64,000 bases of DNA from an uncultured Acidimicrobiia bacterium. Its GTDB lineage: Bacteria > Actinomycetota > Acidimicrobiia > Acidimicrobiales > AC-14. A model generated the notes under the pieces. It was not told where the DNA came from. It searched no databases and saw only the letters and a list, made by a program, of their open reading frames with translations. The translations under genes and the position numbers were made by a program. This document shows positions 9,638 through 19,189 of the stretch, in pieces. The DNA is taken from assembly GCA_963836205.1 (NCBI GenBank), contig CAWIIV010000006.1, forward strand, positions 618,796 to 682,795, read 5' to 3'. How positions within the stretch are numbered: position 1 is the first letter of the stretch; the number at the start of each line of letters is the position of its first letter.

Positions 9638-10240
9638 CTACGGGCGGGGCAACACCTGGTCGACGAGGGCGGGAACGGCGGCGGGGTCGAAGGGCTCGTG
9701 CAGCAAGAGCCGGCGCACGATCAAGGGTCCGATGAGGCACTCGGCCAGGACCACGAGGTCGACGTTGGCCGAGATCTCACCCGCCGTCACCCCCTCGGCC
9801 AACAGGTTCACCAGGATCTGGCGCCTCTCGCGGGCGAGCCGGCAGTGGACGGCGAGTATCTCCGGGTCGCGCTCGGCGGCGTCGATGATGGCGGGCAGGC
9901 AGGACGACCAGGTGGAGTCGGCCAGGCCGGTGGCGATCGCCTGGAGCAGGACGGTGACCCGCGCCCGCACCGACCCGCCCGGGGGGGCACCGACGATGGG
10001 CTTGAGGGTGCGGATGGCGTCCTCGATCAGCTCGAGCTTGCCCGGCCAGTGGCGGTAGACGGTGCTCTTGCCGACCCCGGCCTTGGCCGCCACCGCCTCC
10101 ATGGTGAGGCCCCCGCACCCGACCTCGGCCATGAGGTCGAGGGCGGCGGCGAGGATGACGCGGCGGGACCGCTCGACCCGGGGGTCGACGGCACCGGCGC
10201 CGGCGGCGGCAGCGGCAGCAGGAGCGGCGGGGACGTTCAG
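9638..10240 (-). CDS. TetR/AcrR family transcriptional regulator
   Basis: HTH LTMEAVAAKAGVGKSTVYRHW. The typical DPRVERSRRVILAAA N-terminus lies upstream of the track ATG (10132), so the start is uncertain, possibly CTG 10240. Confidence 0.9.
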   Translation of the reverse strand: MNVPAAPAAAAAAGAGAVDPRVERSRRVILAAALDLMAEVGCGGLTMEAVAAKAGVGKSTVYRHWPGKLELIEDAIRTLKPIVGAPPGGSVRARVTVLLQAIATGLADSTWSSCLPAIIDAAERDPEILAVHCRLARERRQILVNLLAEGVTAGEISANVDLVVLAECLIGPLIVRRLLLHEPFDPAAVPALVDQVLPRP

Positions 10241-11835
10241 GCCCCCACCGCCGTCCGCTCGGACTCGACCCGATCGCCGTCGGCGGTGGCCGCGTCCTCC
10301 GTCTGCCGGCTGAACACCACGAACACCACGACCGCCGCGGCCAGCGCCAAACCGGCCGCCACCGTGCTGGTGAGGTTGAAGGCGTCGGTGAAGGCGGTAC
10401 CGGCCCGGGCCGCCAGCTCGGCGCCACCCCGTCCCGCCTGCTCGGCGATCACGGTGGCCGCGCCCACCGACTCGGTGGCGGCGTCACGCACCTGGGGCGG
10501 CAGGGAGAGGCCGTCGAGGTCGACCGAGGTCCGGTAGAAGGCGCTGGCGATGCTGCCCAGGACGGCGATGCCGAGGGCCCCGCCCACCTCCCGGGTGGTG
10601 TCGTTGACGGCCGAGCCCACGCCCGCCTTGGCCGGGGGGACGGCGCTCATGATGCTGCCGGTGGCCGGCGCCGCGGTGAGGCTCATGCCCGCCCCCAGCA
10701 GGACCAGGGCGAGGGCCAGCACCGCGTACGGGGTGTCGGGCCCGATCAGGCCCAGCACGCCGAAGCCGGCGGCGATGAGGACGAACCCGCCCGCCATGAC
10801 CTTGCCCGTACCCACCTTCTCGGCCAGGGCCGCGCTGCGGGGGGCGATGGCGATCAGGGCCACCGCCAGGGGCAGGGTGGACAGGCCCGCGCTCAGCGGC
10901 GAGTAGCCCCGCACGAACTGCAGATAGAGGGTGAACAGGAAGAACAGGCCGAACATGATGAAGAAGGCCACGGTGACGACGGCGCTGCCCACGCTCATAC
11001 GCCGGTCCTTGAACAGGCGCAGGGGCAGCATCGGGTAGCGGGTGCGCCGCTCCCAGGCCAGGAAGCCGACAAGGCCCACCGCGGCGAAGGCGAACGCGGC
11101 CAGCACGACCGTGCTCGTCCAGCCCTTCTCCGGGCCCTCGATGATGCCGTAGACGAGCGCGCCCAGGCCGACCAGAGAGAGCCCGGCGCCGACCGGGTCG
11201 AGGGGGGTGGCCTCCGGGTCCTTCGACGTGGGTGAGAACACCGCCACCGCAAGTACCACCAGGGCCACGATGGGGATGTTCACCAGGAAGGCCGATCCCC
11301 ACCAGAACTTCTCCAGCAGGGCGCCCGAGACGATGGGCCCCAGGGCGCCGCCGGCACCGGCGAACCCGGCCCACATGGCGATGGCCTTGCGCCGCTCGTG
11401 GGGCGGGAAGATGGTGGTGAGCAGCGACAACGTGGCCGGCATGACGAAGGCGGCACCGAGACCGGTGATGATCCGGCCCACGATGACCTGGCCCGCACCG
11501 GTGCCGAGACCGCCCACGAGGGAGCCGGCGGCGAACACCACCAGGCCGAAGATGAGCGCCCGCTTGCGCCCGAACCGGTCACCCAGGGCGCCGGCGGGCA
11601 GGAGCAGGGCGGCGAAGACCAGGGCGTAGGAGTCGACGATCCACTGGAGGGCGCTGGCGCCGGAGCCGAGCTCCCGCTGCATGCTGGGCAGGGCCACGTT
11701 GAGCCCCGACACCGACATGACCACCATCACCAGCGACAGGCACATGATGCCCAGCAGGAACCACCGCCGACGGTGGACCACCGGGTCCTCGTGGAGAAGT
11801 CCGGTTGGCGGGGTGGGCTCACGCAACTCGGTCAT
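10237..11835 (-). CDS. DHA2-family (EmrB/QacA-like) MFS efflux transporter
   Basis: LNVALP, LQWIVDSY, GALGDRFGRKR, WWGSAFLVNIP, GSAVNDTTREVGGALG; many hydrophobic segments. Confidence 0.92.
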   Translation of the reverse strand: MTELREPTPPTGLLHEDPVVHRRRWFLLGIMCLSLVMVVMSVSGLNVALPSMQRELGSGASALQWIVDSYALVFAALLLPAGALGDRFGRKRALIFGLVVFAAGSLVGGLGTGAGQVIVGRIITGLGAAFVMPATLSLLTTIFPPHERRKAIAMWAGFAGAGGALGPIVSGALLEKFWWGSAFLVNIPIVALVVLAVAVFSPTSKDPEATPLDPVGAGLSLVGLGALVYGIIEGPEKGWTSTVVLAAFAFAAVGLVGFLAWERRTRYPMLPLRLFKDRRMSVGSAVVTVAFFIMFGLFFLFTLYLQFVRGYSPLSAGLSTLPLAVALIAIAPRSAALAEKVGTGKVMAGGFVLIAAGFGVLGLIGPDTPYAVLALALVLLGAGMSLTAAPATGSIMSAVPPAKAGVGSAVNDTTREVGGALGIAVLGSIASAFYRTSVDLDGLSLPPQVRDAATESVGAATVIAEQAGRGGAELAARAGTAFTDAFNLTSTVAAGLALAAAVVVFVVFSRQTEDAATADGDRVESERTAVGA

Positions 11836-11848
11836 GGAGGGTCCTTTC

Positions 11849-11885
11849 GACACGCCAACGTCTCGCTACGAGACGCGAACGTATC
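11849..11885. promoter_or_regulatory. two tandem palindromic operator-like sites GAnACG-N4-CGTnTC
   Basis: GACACG-ccaa-CGTCTC (11849-11864) and GAGACG-cgaa-CGTATC (11870-11885) directly upstream of the MFS-TetR operon. Confidence 0.65.
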
Positions 11886-11951
11886 AGAAGTTCCCGATAC
11901 CAGTGGCGGGCGCCGTCAGTCGCTGACGACGCCCGCCTCCGGCCCTGCTGT

Positions 11952-13130
11952 CTACGGCCGCCAGGTCAGCTGCTTGTCGCTGGCGTTGCCGTAGCTGAAC
12001 GAGGCGTCGGCCACGCCCGTGGTGTTGGAGTTGCGGAGATACCAGGTGTTGCCGCGGACGACACCCGGTGTCACCGAGTCGTTCCCGTCCCAATCGCCGG
12101 GCACGGCCTTGTCGGTGGAGTTGCCGTAGGTGAAGTTGCTGTCGGCTGCGCCCTGGCTGTTGGAATTGCGGATGTACCAGACGCTCGCACGCACGACGCC
12201 GGGAGTGTCCGAACCGCTGCTGTCCCAGTCGCCCACGACCGGGACGTCACCCGGATTGCCGTAAATGAAGGAGATGTCGGCTGCGCCCTGGCTGTTGGTG
12301 TTGCGCAGGTAGAACGTGCCGTTGCGGACGACGCCGGGGGTGACGGTGCCGTTGCCGTCCCAGTCACCTGCGATGGGCGTATCGCCCGGGTTGCCGTAGA
12401 TGAACGTCACGTCGGCCGCGCCGGTGGAGTTGGCGTTGCGCAGGTACCAGGTGCCGGCCCGCACCACGCCCGGGGTCACCGAGCCGTTGCCGTCCCAGTC
12501 TCCGGTGATGGGGATGTCGCCGGTGGGGTTGCCGTAGACGAAGACGGTGTCGGCGTTGCCCGTGGTCTGGCTGTTGCGCAGGTACCAGGTGTCGGCCCGC
12601 ACCACGAGGGGCCGGTCGCGCTTGGGTCCCGCGGGCGGGATCGTCGAGGTCGTGGTCGAGCTGGTGCTGCTCGTGCTGCTGCTGCTGGTGGTCGTGGCGC
12701 CGACGACGGTGGTGCTGGTGGTCGTGGTGGCGCCCGGCGTCGTGGTGGTCGTGGTGGTGGAGGTGCTCGACGTGGTGGTGGTGGCGTTGACGCAGGAGCT
12801 GAACACGGCCGAGTCGACCTCTTGGCCCACGACCACGACGACGGCGTTGACGCTCTTGGGAACCGCCTTCTCGATGGAGCTGCTTGCGGGGACGGTGAAC
12901 GCGATCGGCGGCCCCGCTCCTTGGATGGTGCCCGTCACCGACGTGGTCCGCTGGTTGTTGAGGACGACGAAGTTGGTCGTCTCGGCACCGGTGCCACAGC
13001 GAGGCGTCACGGTCAGCTGGGCGATCGCCGCGTTCGCCATCGTCGGGAGAAGCAGGAACCCGACGGCGACCATTGTCGCCAGACACACTGCCCTCATAGT
13101 CCGAAATCGAGTGGACCGATCCATCTTCAC
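11952..13130 (-). CDS. secreted protein with Ser/Thr linker and C-terminal GDWDGNG (FG-GAP/VCBS-like) repeats
   Basis: Signal peptide, poly-Thr/Ser linker, four full ~38-aa repeats GDWDGNG..TPGVVR..WYLRN plus a partial one. Confidence 0.85.
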   Translation of the reverse strand: MKMDRSTRFRTMRAVCLATMVAVGFLLLPTMANAAIAQLTVTPRCGTGAETTNFVVLNNQRTTSVTGTIQGAGPPIAFTVPASSSIEKAVPKSVNAVVVVVGQEVDSAVFSSCVNATTTTSSTSTTTTTTTPGATTTTSTTVVGATTTSSSSTSSTSSTTTSTIPPAGPKRDRPLVVRADTWYLRNSQTTGNADTVFVYGNPTGDIPITGDWDGNGSVTPGVVRAGTWYLRNANSTGAADVTFIYGNPGDTPIAGDWDGNGTVTPGVVRNGTFYLRNTNSQGAADISFIYGNPGDVPVVGDWDSSGSDTPGVVRASVWYIRNSNSQGAADSNFTYGNSTDKAVPGDWDGNDSVTPGVVRGNTWYLRNSNTTGVADASFSYGNASDKQLTWRP

Positions 13131-13167
13131 CCTGCCTTCCGCTTGTCCGATTCGATCGAATTCAACG

Positions 13168-14892
13168 TCATGCACTGCGCCACGTCAGTGGCTTGTCGCC
13201 GGAGTTGCCGTAGCCGAAGCTGACGTCGGCCGTGCCCGTGGTGTTGGAGTTGCGGACGAACCAGGTGCCGGCGCGCACGACGCCTGGGGTGGTGGCGCCG
13301 TTGCCGTCCCAGTCGCCCGGCAGCGGGATGTCGGTGGGGTTGCCGTAGCCGAAGGTGGCGTCGGCCGTCCCGGTGCTGTTGGAGTTGCGCAGGAACCAGG
13401 TGCCGTTGCGGACGACGCCCGGGGTGGCCGAGCCGGTGCTGTCCCAGTCGCCGACGACCGGGAGGTCGCCCGGGTTGCCATACGTGAAGGAGACGTCGGC
13501 CACGCCCGTCGTGTTGGCGTTGCGCAGGTACCAGGTGCTGCCCCGGACGACCCCGGGGGTGACGGTTCCGTTCCCGTCCCAATCGCCTGCGATCGGCGTG
13601 TCGCCCGGGTCGCCGTAGGTGAGGGTCACGTCGGCGACGCCGGTGGAGTTGGCGTTGCGCAGGTACCAGGTGTTGCCCCGCACCACGCCCGGTGTGGCCG
13701 AGCCGTTGCCGTCCCAGTCGCCGGTGACCGCCGTGTCACCGGTGGGGTTGCCGTAGTCGAACACGACGTCGGCGGTGCCGGCGGTGGCGGTGTTGCGCAG
13801 GTACCACTTGCCCGACCGCACGACGAGGGGCCGGGCCTTCTTGTCGACCGTCCCCGGCACCGTGGTGGTGGTCGACGTGCTGGTGCTGGAGGTACTGGAG
13901 GTGCTGCTGGTGCTGCTGGTGCTGCTGGTGCTGGTGGTGGTGCTGGAGGTCACCGGCGACCCGCCCAGTGGCTGCCAGTCGGGCGAGGTGGCGCCGGCCC
14001 CGCTGATCACCTTGGCCAAGGCGTTGCCCGGGATGTTGTAGCCGTAGAGGCCGTCGCCCTCGGGACCGCCGGTGAGCCGGAAGAAGATGATGTTGCCGTC
14101 GGGCGACCACGTGGGCTCGGCCACCAGGCAGCCGCCGTCGGGCACGTCGTCGGGGCTGGCGCCGCTGGAGGAGATCCGGAAGATCCGGCTGTCGCACCCG
14201 GCCGCCTCGGCGGTGAAGACGATGCTCGACCCGTTGGGCGACCACTTGGGTGTGACCAGGTTGTCGTAGGGCTTGGCGTCGGGGGAGGTGGTGCCCGTGA
14301 GGGGGATGACGTCGGTGCCGTCGGCCTTCATGCTGTAGATCCCCGAGCCGCCCTCGCCGTCGCCCCGCTGGAAGACGATCCGCTCGCCGTTGGGGGACCA
14401 CTCGGGGGCGCGGTCGTCGGTGTCGGTGCCGAGGGCGTCGCCGTTGGTGAGCTGGGCCAGTCCGCCGGACCCGTCGGCGTTGATGACGAAGAGCCGGTAC
14501 TCGCCGCCGACCCGGTCGCTGGAGAAGACGATGCGGTTGTTGTCGGGCGACCACGCGGGCTGGACGTCGTCGGCCGCGTTGCTGGTGAGGTTGGCGACGA
14601 AGGAGCCGTTGGCGGCCACCTTGAAGACGTCACCGTTGCTGTTGACCTGGCGGTCGAACGTCAGCCACGCCCCGTCCACCGACCACGCAGGGTGGTCGGC
14701 GTCGTCGAGAAACTTGGCCGGGCTGGTGCCGTTGGGCAGCGCGGTCCACAGGTCGCCGTCCTGGATCCAGGCGATGAGGCCGTTGGCGCCGGGGAAGGTG
14801 GCCTGGCTCTGGGGCACCACGACGCCCAGCGCGACGGCCACGACGACCCCCGCGGCGACCTTGATCCGAGTTGCTATTGCCCGCATGCGCAC
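13168..14892 (-). CDS. secreted TolB-like (PD40) beta-propeller protein with Ser/Thr linker and GDWDGNG repeats
   Basis: ATFPGANGLIA start, repeated PxWSPDG..IVF units, same C-terminal module as the neighbouring gene. Confidence 0.88.
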   Translation of the reverse strand: MRMRAIATRIKVAAGVVVAVALGVVVPQSQATFPGANGLIAWIQDGDLWTALPNGTSPAKFLDDADHPAWSVDGAWLTFDRQVNSNGDVFKVAANGSFVANLTSNAADDVQPAWSPDNNRIVFSSDRVGGEYRLFVINADGSGGLAQLTNGDALGTDTDDRAPEWSPNGERIVFQRGDGEGGSGIYSMKADGTDVIPLTGTTSPDAKPYDNLVTPKWSPNGSSIVFTAEAAGCDSRIFRISSSGASPDDVPDGGCLVAEPTWSPDGNIIFFRLTGGPEGDGLYGYNIPGNALAKVISGAGATSPDWQPLGGSPVTSSTTTSTSSTSSTSSTSSTSSTSTSTTTTVPGTVDKKARPLVVRSGKWYLRNTATAGTADVVFDYGNPTGDTAVTGDWDGNGSATPGVVRGNTWYLRNANSTGVADVTLTYGDPGDTPIAGDWDGNGTVTPGVVRGSTWYLRNANTTGVADVSFTYGNPGDLPVVGDWDSTGSATPGVVRNGTWFLRNSNSTGTADATFGYGNPTDIPLPGDWDGNGATTPGVVRAGTWFVRNSNTTGTADVSFGYGNSGDKPLTWRSA

Positions 14893-15044
14893 CCCCTGCG
14901 GCCCTGTCGGCCAGACCGCGGTCCGGCGAACCGATGGGCCACCCTAACGATCGAGTCTGGTTCCCGCCATCGCGACACCCACTGTCCCTAGACGCCCGGT
15001 CGCTGGGGATGGTTCCGAAGAGGCTGTGGACGTCCTGGGGGTAA

Positions 15045-15368
15045 CTAGGAATCGAAGTGGAAAGCCAGCCAACTGGTGCCTTCGTCGACGCTCATCAGGC
15101 GATGGGGCACGTGGGCCGGGAGGACAACCCAGTCGCCGGCTGCGAGCTCGACTGTCTGGCCGTCGACGTCGAGGGTGGCGTTGCCGGCGAGGATGGCCAC
15201 CCATTCGTCGCGGTCTCCGAGGTAATCCACCGGCGTGTCCACCCGGCCGCTGAGGATCTGCTCGACGACGGGCCGGCCGTCGGTCGTGTCGACGAGGAGA
15301 TCGAACCGCTCGCCGTCGGTGGGAGCGTCCGAGGGCGGCCGCAGCCGACCCCGCCGGACCTCACTCAC
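15045..15368 (-). CDS. cupin domain protein
   Basis: C-terminal part of track ORF 15045..16286: VEQILSG...DEWVAILAGNATL...AGDWVVLPAHVPHR. Confidence 0.8.
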   Translation of the reverse strand: MSEVRRGRLRPPSDAPTDGERFDLLVDTTDGRPVVEQILSGRVDTPVDYLGDRDEWVAILAGNATLDVDGQTVELAAGDWVVLPAHVPHRLMSVDEGTSWLAFHFDS

Positions 15369-15376
15369 GGTGACGG

Positions 15377-16120
15377 TCAGCCCTTGTTGGCCCCGTGGGC
15401 CCGGACGTAGTCGTTGACCTCGTAGTACGCGTCGATCGACTCGCCCGCGTCGCCCCAGAAACCGTCGAGGACGTCGTACTCGATGGCCTGCTGGTCGACG
15501 TACCAGTTGTTGACGTCGGTGATCTCCAACTCGCCCCGGCCGGAGGGGACGAGGGTGGTGATGATCTCGAACACCGACTGGTCGTAGAAGTAGATGCCGG
15601 TGACGGCGTAGTCGCTGGCGGGGGTGTCGGGCTTCTCGACGATGCGGAGGACGCGGCCGTCGAGGGCGAGCTCGGGGACGCCGAGGTGGCTGAGGTGGGC
15701 CGGGTCCTCGACCTTGGAGAGGAGGATGCGGGCGCCCTTGGGTTGGGCGCGGAAGTTGTCGACCGCCATGCGGATGGACCGGCCCACGATGTTGTCGGCC
15801 AACATCACCACCACTTTGTCGCCGTCGACGAACCGCTCGGCGAGGGAAAGGGCCTCGGCGATGCCGCCGGCGCGCTCCTGGTAGGCGTAGGAAAGGCGCT
15901 GAATGCCCCACTCGTTGCCGTTGCCGAGGAGCCGGAGGAACTCCCCCGCGTGGGTGCCGCCGGTGACCATCATGATCTCGTCGACGCCGGCGGTGACGAG
16001 GGCCTCGATGGCGTAGGTGACCATCGGCCGGTCGTAAATCGGCAAAAGGTGCTTGTTGGTGATGCGGGTCAGGGGATGCATCCGGGTACCGGTCCCGCCC
16101 GCGAGGATCACGCCTTTCAC
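15377..16120 (-). CDS. rmlA: glucose-1-phosphate thymidylyltransferase-like sugar nucleotidyltransferase (short SpsI/RmlA type)
   Basis: MKGVILAGGTGTR.HPLT..TNKHLLPIYD.PM, IVEKP, AVTGIYFYD, PSGRGELEITDVN. Confidence 0.85.
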   Translation of the reverse strand: MKGVILAGGTGTRMHPLTRITNKHLLPIYDRPMVTYAIEALVTAGVDEIMMVTGGTHAGEFLRLLGNGNEWGIQRLSYAYQERAGGIAEALSLAERFVDGDKVVVMLADNIVGRSIRMAVDNFRAQPKGARILLSKVEDPAHLSHLGVPELALDGRVLRIVEKPDTPASDYAVTGIYFYDQSVFEIITTLVPSGRGELEITDVNNWYVDQQAIEYDVLDGFWGDAGESIDAYYEVNDYVRAHGANKG

Positions 16121-16229
16121 GGAGCCGAGACGTTAGCCCGCCCGCCGGGCGGCCCAAGAGGCGCGGCGCGGGTGGGCGGGGGGCGAACGGGGGGCCGTCG
16201 GCGCCGTGCGCGGGGGGCCGGGCGAGCGG

Positions 16230-16650
16230 GGGCGCGGGGGCGTGAGGCGGGGGCGCCGTGTGCGGGGGCGTGAGGCGGGGGCGCAAGGCGGGGGCGCCGT
16301 CGGCGCCGTGCGGGGGCGTGAGGCGGGGGCGCCTTGTGCGGCGTCGTGAGGCGGGGGCGCAAGGCGGGGGCCGCGAGGGCGGCGCGGGCCGTCGTCCTCC
16401 TTCCCTCTACATCCACGAGCCGTACCACTCGGGATCACGGCCACCTCGCCGGGACCCCCTCGGCACCAAGGGTTCTCGGCCGCCCCGCCCACGGTCGCCC
16501 CGCCCATGGTCGCCGCGCCCACGGTCGCCCCGCTCGCCCCTCCGCTCTCCCCCGCCGCTCCGCTCTCCCCGCTCGCCCGCTCGCCCGCTCCGCTCTCCCC
16601 GCTCGCCCGCTCCGCTCTCCCCGCCGCCCGGCCGCCCCGCTGACCCCGCC
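16230..16650. repeat. low-complexity GC-rich tandem repeats: a G-rich block then a C-rich block
   Basis: CGTGAGGCGGGGGCGC x4 (16241-16360); CGCCCCGCCCACGGT-like x3 and CCGCTCTCCCCGC-like units (16480-16640). Confidence 0.85.
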
Positions 16651-16728
16651 GCCCGGCCTGCAACCTCGCCGCCGGCGTGAATGGGCCCGCGACCGACCAA
16701 TGCTGCTCAGAAATGCACCTCCACATTC

Positions 16729-16757
16729 TTGACAACCGAACATGTGTTCGATAGCAT
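16729..16757 (+). promoter_or_regulatory. housekeeping-sigma-type promoter with a LexA (SOS) box in the spacer
   Basis: TTGACA (16729-34), 17 bp, TAGCAT (16752-57); spacer contains CGAAC-ATGT-GTTCG, the Gram-positive/actinobacterial GAAC-N4-GTTC box; ATG follows 6 nt after the -10. Confidence 0.88.
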
Positions 16758-16763
16758 GAGGGT

Positions 16764-17934
16764 ATGTCGGAAGGGTCGACGGGGGGCAGGCTGGCAGAGG
16801 TTGTGACGATGCTGCGCGAGATGGTGTCGGGCTTCGAGCCGGGTGCGCTCGACGGGCCGGCGGCGGTGGAGGCGCTGGGGCTGTTCGGCGAGGTCGAGCG
16901 GCTGGGGGCGGCGGGGGTGGCGCTGGCCGGGGGACGGGTGGAGGCGACCCGGGCCTGGCAGGGCTCGGGGACTCGTTCGGCGGCGCATTTCGTGGCGTTG
17001 CGCTGTGGTTCGTCGGTGCGCTCGGCGGTGGTGGCGCTGGAAACGGCCCGCCGGCTGGAGTCGCTGCCGGCGACGGAGGAGGCCCTGCGTTCCGGGAAGG
17101 ATGTCCCTGGCCCAGGCGAAGGAGGTCGCCTCGGTCGCCGGGGAACGGCCCGAGCGCGAGGCCGAGCTGGTGGCGGCGGCGTCTTCGGCGACCTTGCCGG
17201 CGTTGCAGGAGCGGTGCCGGGCGGTGCGGGCCGAGGGAACGGCGGCTTCCGAGGGCTACCGACGAGTCCACCAGCAGCGCTTCCTGCGGCACTGGAGCGA
17301 CGAGGAGGGGGCGTTTCGCCTGGAGGCCCGGCTCTGTCCCGACACCGGGGCCAAGCTGCTGGCCGCGCTGGAGGTCCACCAGCGGCGGATCTTCGCCACC
17401 GCCCGGGGCGAGGGCCGCCGAGAGCCCTACGAGGCCTACGCGGCCGACGCCCTGGTGGCGCTGGCCTGCGGGGAGGCGGAGCGAAGGGGCCCGGTGCCGG
17501 TGGTGCACGTCCGGGTCGACCACGCGGCGCTGGTCCGGGGCCACGTGGAGGAGGGTGAGGTGTGCGACATCCCGGGGCTGGGCCCCATCCCGGTGGCCAC
17601 CGCCCGGGCCCTGGCCACCGACGGCGTGTTGAAGGTGCTGGTGACCAGGGGCGTCGACGTGGTGGCGGTGGCCCACGGGGGACGGACCGTCCCCGCCCAC
17701 GTGCGCTCGGCGCTGGAGGCGAGAGACCCCAAGTGCGTCGTCCCCGGCTGCGACGTGGGGGAGCGCCTGGAGATCGACCACCTCGTCTCCTTCGCCGAGG
17801 GTGGTCCCACCACGCTGGAGAACCTGGCCCGGCTCTGCCACCGCCACCACGCCCTCAAGACCCACCAGGGCTGGGTCCTGGCCGGCCGCCCGGGAGCCTG
17901 GACATGGGACCCACCACCGGAGATGCCACCGTGA
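16764..17934 (+). CDS. DUF222-like (13E12-type) HNH endonuclease (one frameshift near 17097)
   Basis: N-terminal half in ORF 16764 (ARRLESLPATEEALRSG), C-terminal half in ORF 16843 (SLAQA...RDPKCVVPGC...EIDHL...GGPTTLENLARLCHRHH). Confidence 0.85.
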
Positions 17935-18149
17935 GGTGCCGGGTGAGGGCTGGCCGGAACGCCGGTTCCATGTCCATGGCTCCAACGCGCCTCAAAGCCG
18001 GTTGACGGTGGACGAGCCCAGGTCGAGATCGGACGGGGCGGGGTCGGGCCGGGGCGGCGTTCGGCCGGGTCGTGGGGTGCAGGGGGTCGGGTCGGACCGT
18101 GGTTGGGCCGGGCCGGGGGCGTGGTCGGGGGTGGTCGGGCCGGACGGGT

Positions 18150-18385
18150 GGTGCCGGGGCGGGGGTGGTGCCCGGTCGTGGTGGCGCCGGTCGCGGTGGT
18201 GGCCGGTTGTGGTGATGCCCGATCACGGTGGCGCCCGGTCGTGGTGATGCCCGGTCGGGATGCCGGTCGGTGGTGGCCGGTTGTGGTGGCGCCGGTCGCG
18301 GTGGTGGCCGGTTGTGGTGATGCCCGATCACGGTGGTGGCCGGTTGTGGTGGCGCCGGTCGCGGTAGTGGCCGGTCGCGGTGGTG
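18150..18385. repeat. degenerate GT-rich tandem repeat, period ~15-16 bp
   Basis: Recurrent GTGGTGGCCGGTT, GTGGCGCCGGTCGCG and GTGATGCCCGATCAC blocks; one ~50-bp block occurs twice. Confidence 0.8.
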
Positions 18386-18502
18386 CCGGCGGCGGGGCCC
18401 GCGGGGGTGCGATGGGACCGAGGGATCGCGCCGCATCTGGGCCGCGGTGGGCCGGTAGCTTGGGAATCGTGGTTGATCGTCGTCGATGGAGACGGGGTCC
18501 CG

Positions 18503-19147
18503 GTGGATGACTCGGGTGGGCGAGGATCGTGGCGGCGCGTTCTGTTTGTGGGGTTGCCGGTCGTGGTGGTCTTGGCGGGGATCGTGGGGCTCGTCGCCGC
18601 GCTCACCGGTGGGGACGATGACGCCACAGTCCGCACCAGTCAGTCGACCGTCACCACCGCCGCGACCTCGTCCACCGATGTCCCCGGCGGGCAGCCGGCG
18701 ACAACCGTCACGACGACGGCCGGATCGGTGGCAGCACCCACGACGGTGGGCACCGCACCGGAGCAGTCGGTGACGACCACTACGCCCGCGGCGACGCCCG
18801 GTGGCGCTCGGGTGCAGGTGAAGTTCGTGGACGGGTCGGGCGTCCGGCTCCGGGACGGGCGCCTGGTGAGTGAGACCGGGCAGGACCTGAGCGCTCTCGA
18901 CGGCGTGCTCGCCGACTACCCGGGTGTGACCATCGAGCGCCTGTTCCAGCGTCCCGAGGAAGACCTGGCCGCGGAGCGGGCGGCGGCCGAGGCCCGTACC
19001 GGTCTCCCCCAGCCCGACCTGAACCTCTACTACCGCCTGACGGTGGCCGAGGGGGTCGACGCCAGCGGCTTCATCGGCGAGCTCGAGGGCGTGGCGGTTG
19101 TCGACCGGGCCTACCTCGACCCGGGCGCGGCACCACCCCCGGGGTAA
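18503..19147 (+). CDS. membrane-anchored protein: Thr-rich stalk plus stand-alone S8 propeptide-like domain
   Basis: TM segment VLFVGLPVVVVLAGIVGLVAAL, Thr-rich linker, then ~110 aa clearly homologous to the N-terminal prodomain of the next gene. Start codon uncertain. Confidence 0.8.
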   Translation: MDDSGGRGSWRRVLFVGLPVVVVLAGIVGLVAALTGGDDDATVRTSQSTVTTAATSSTDVPGGQPATTVTTTAGSVAAPTTVGTAPEQSVTTTTPAATPGGARVQVKFVDGSGVRLRDGRLVSETGQDLSALDGVLADYPGVTIERLFQRPEEDLAAERAAAEARTGLPQPDLNLYYRLTVAEGVDASGFIGELEGVAVVDRAYLDPGAAPPPG

Positions 19148-19189
19148 ACGTTGGCTTCAGAGCGGCGGGACGACCAGAGGAGCGGAAGG

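Noticed and set aside
9270-9740. 156-aa ORF as an intact gene
   Set aside because: The N-terminal part overlaps the TetR gene and is not protein-like; only the last ~60 aa look coding.
12640-13945. GTG/CTG trinucleotide runs as contingency microsatellites
   Set aside because: They encode the Ser/Thr linkers of the two secreted proteins.
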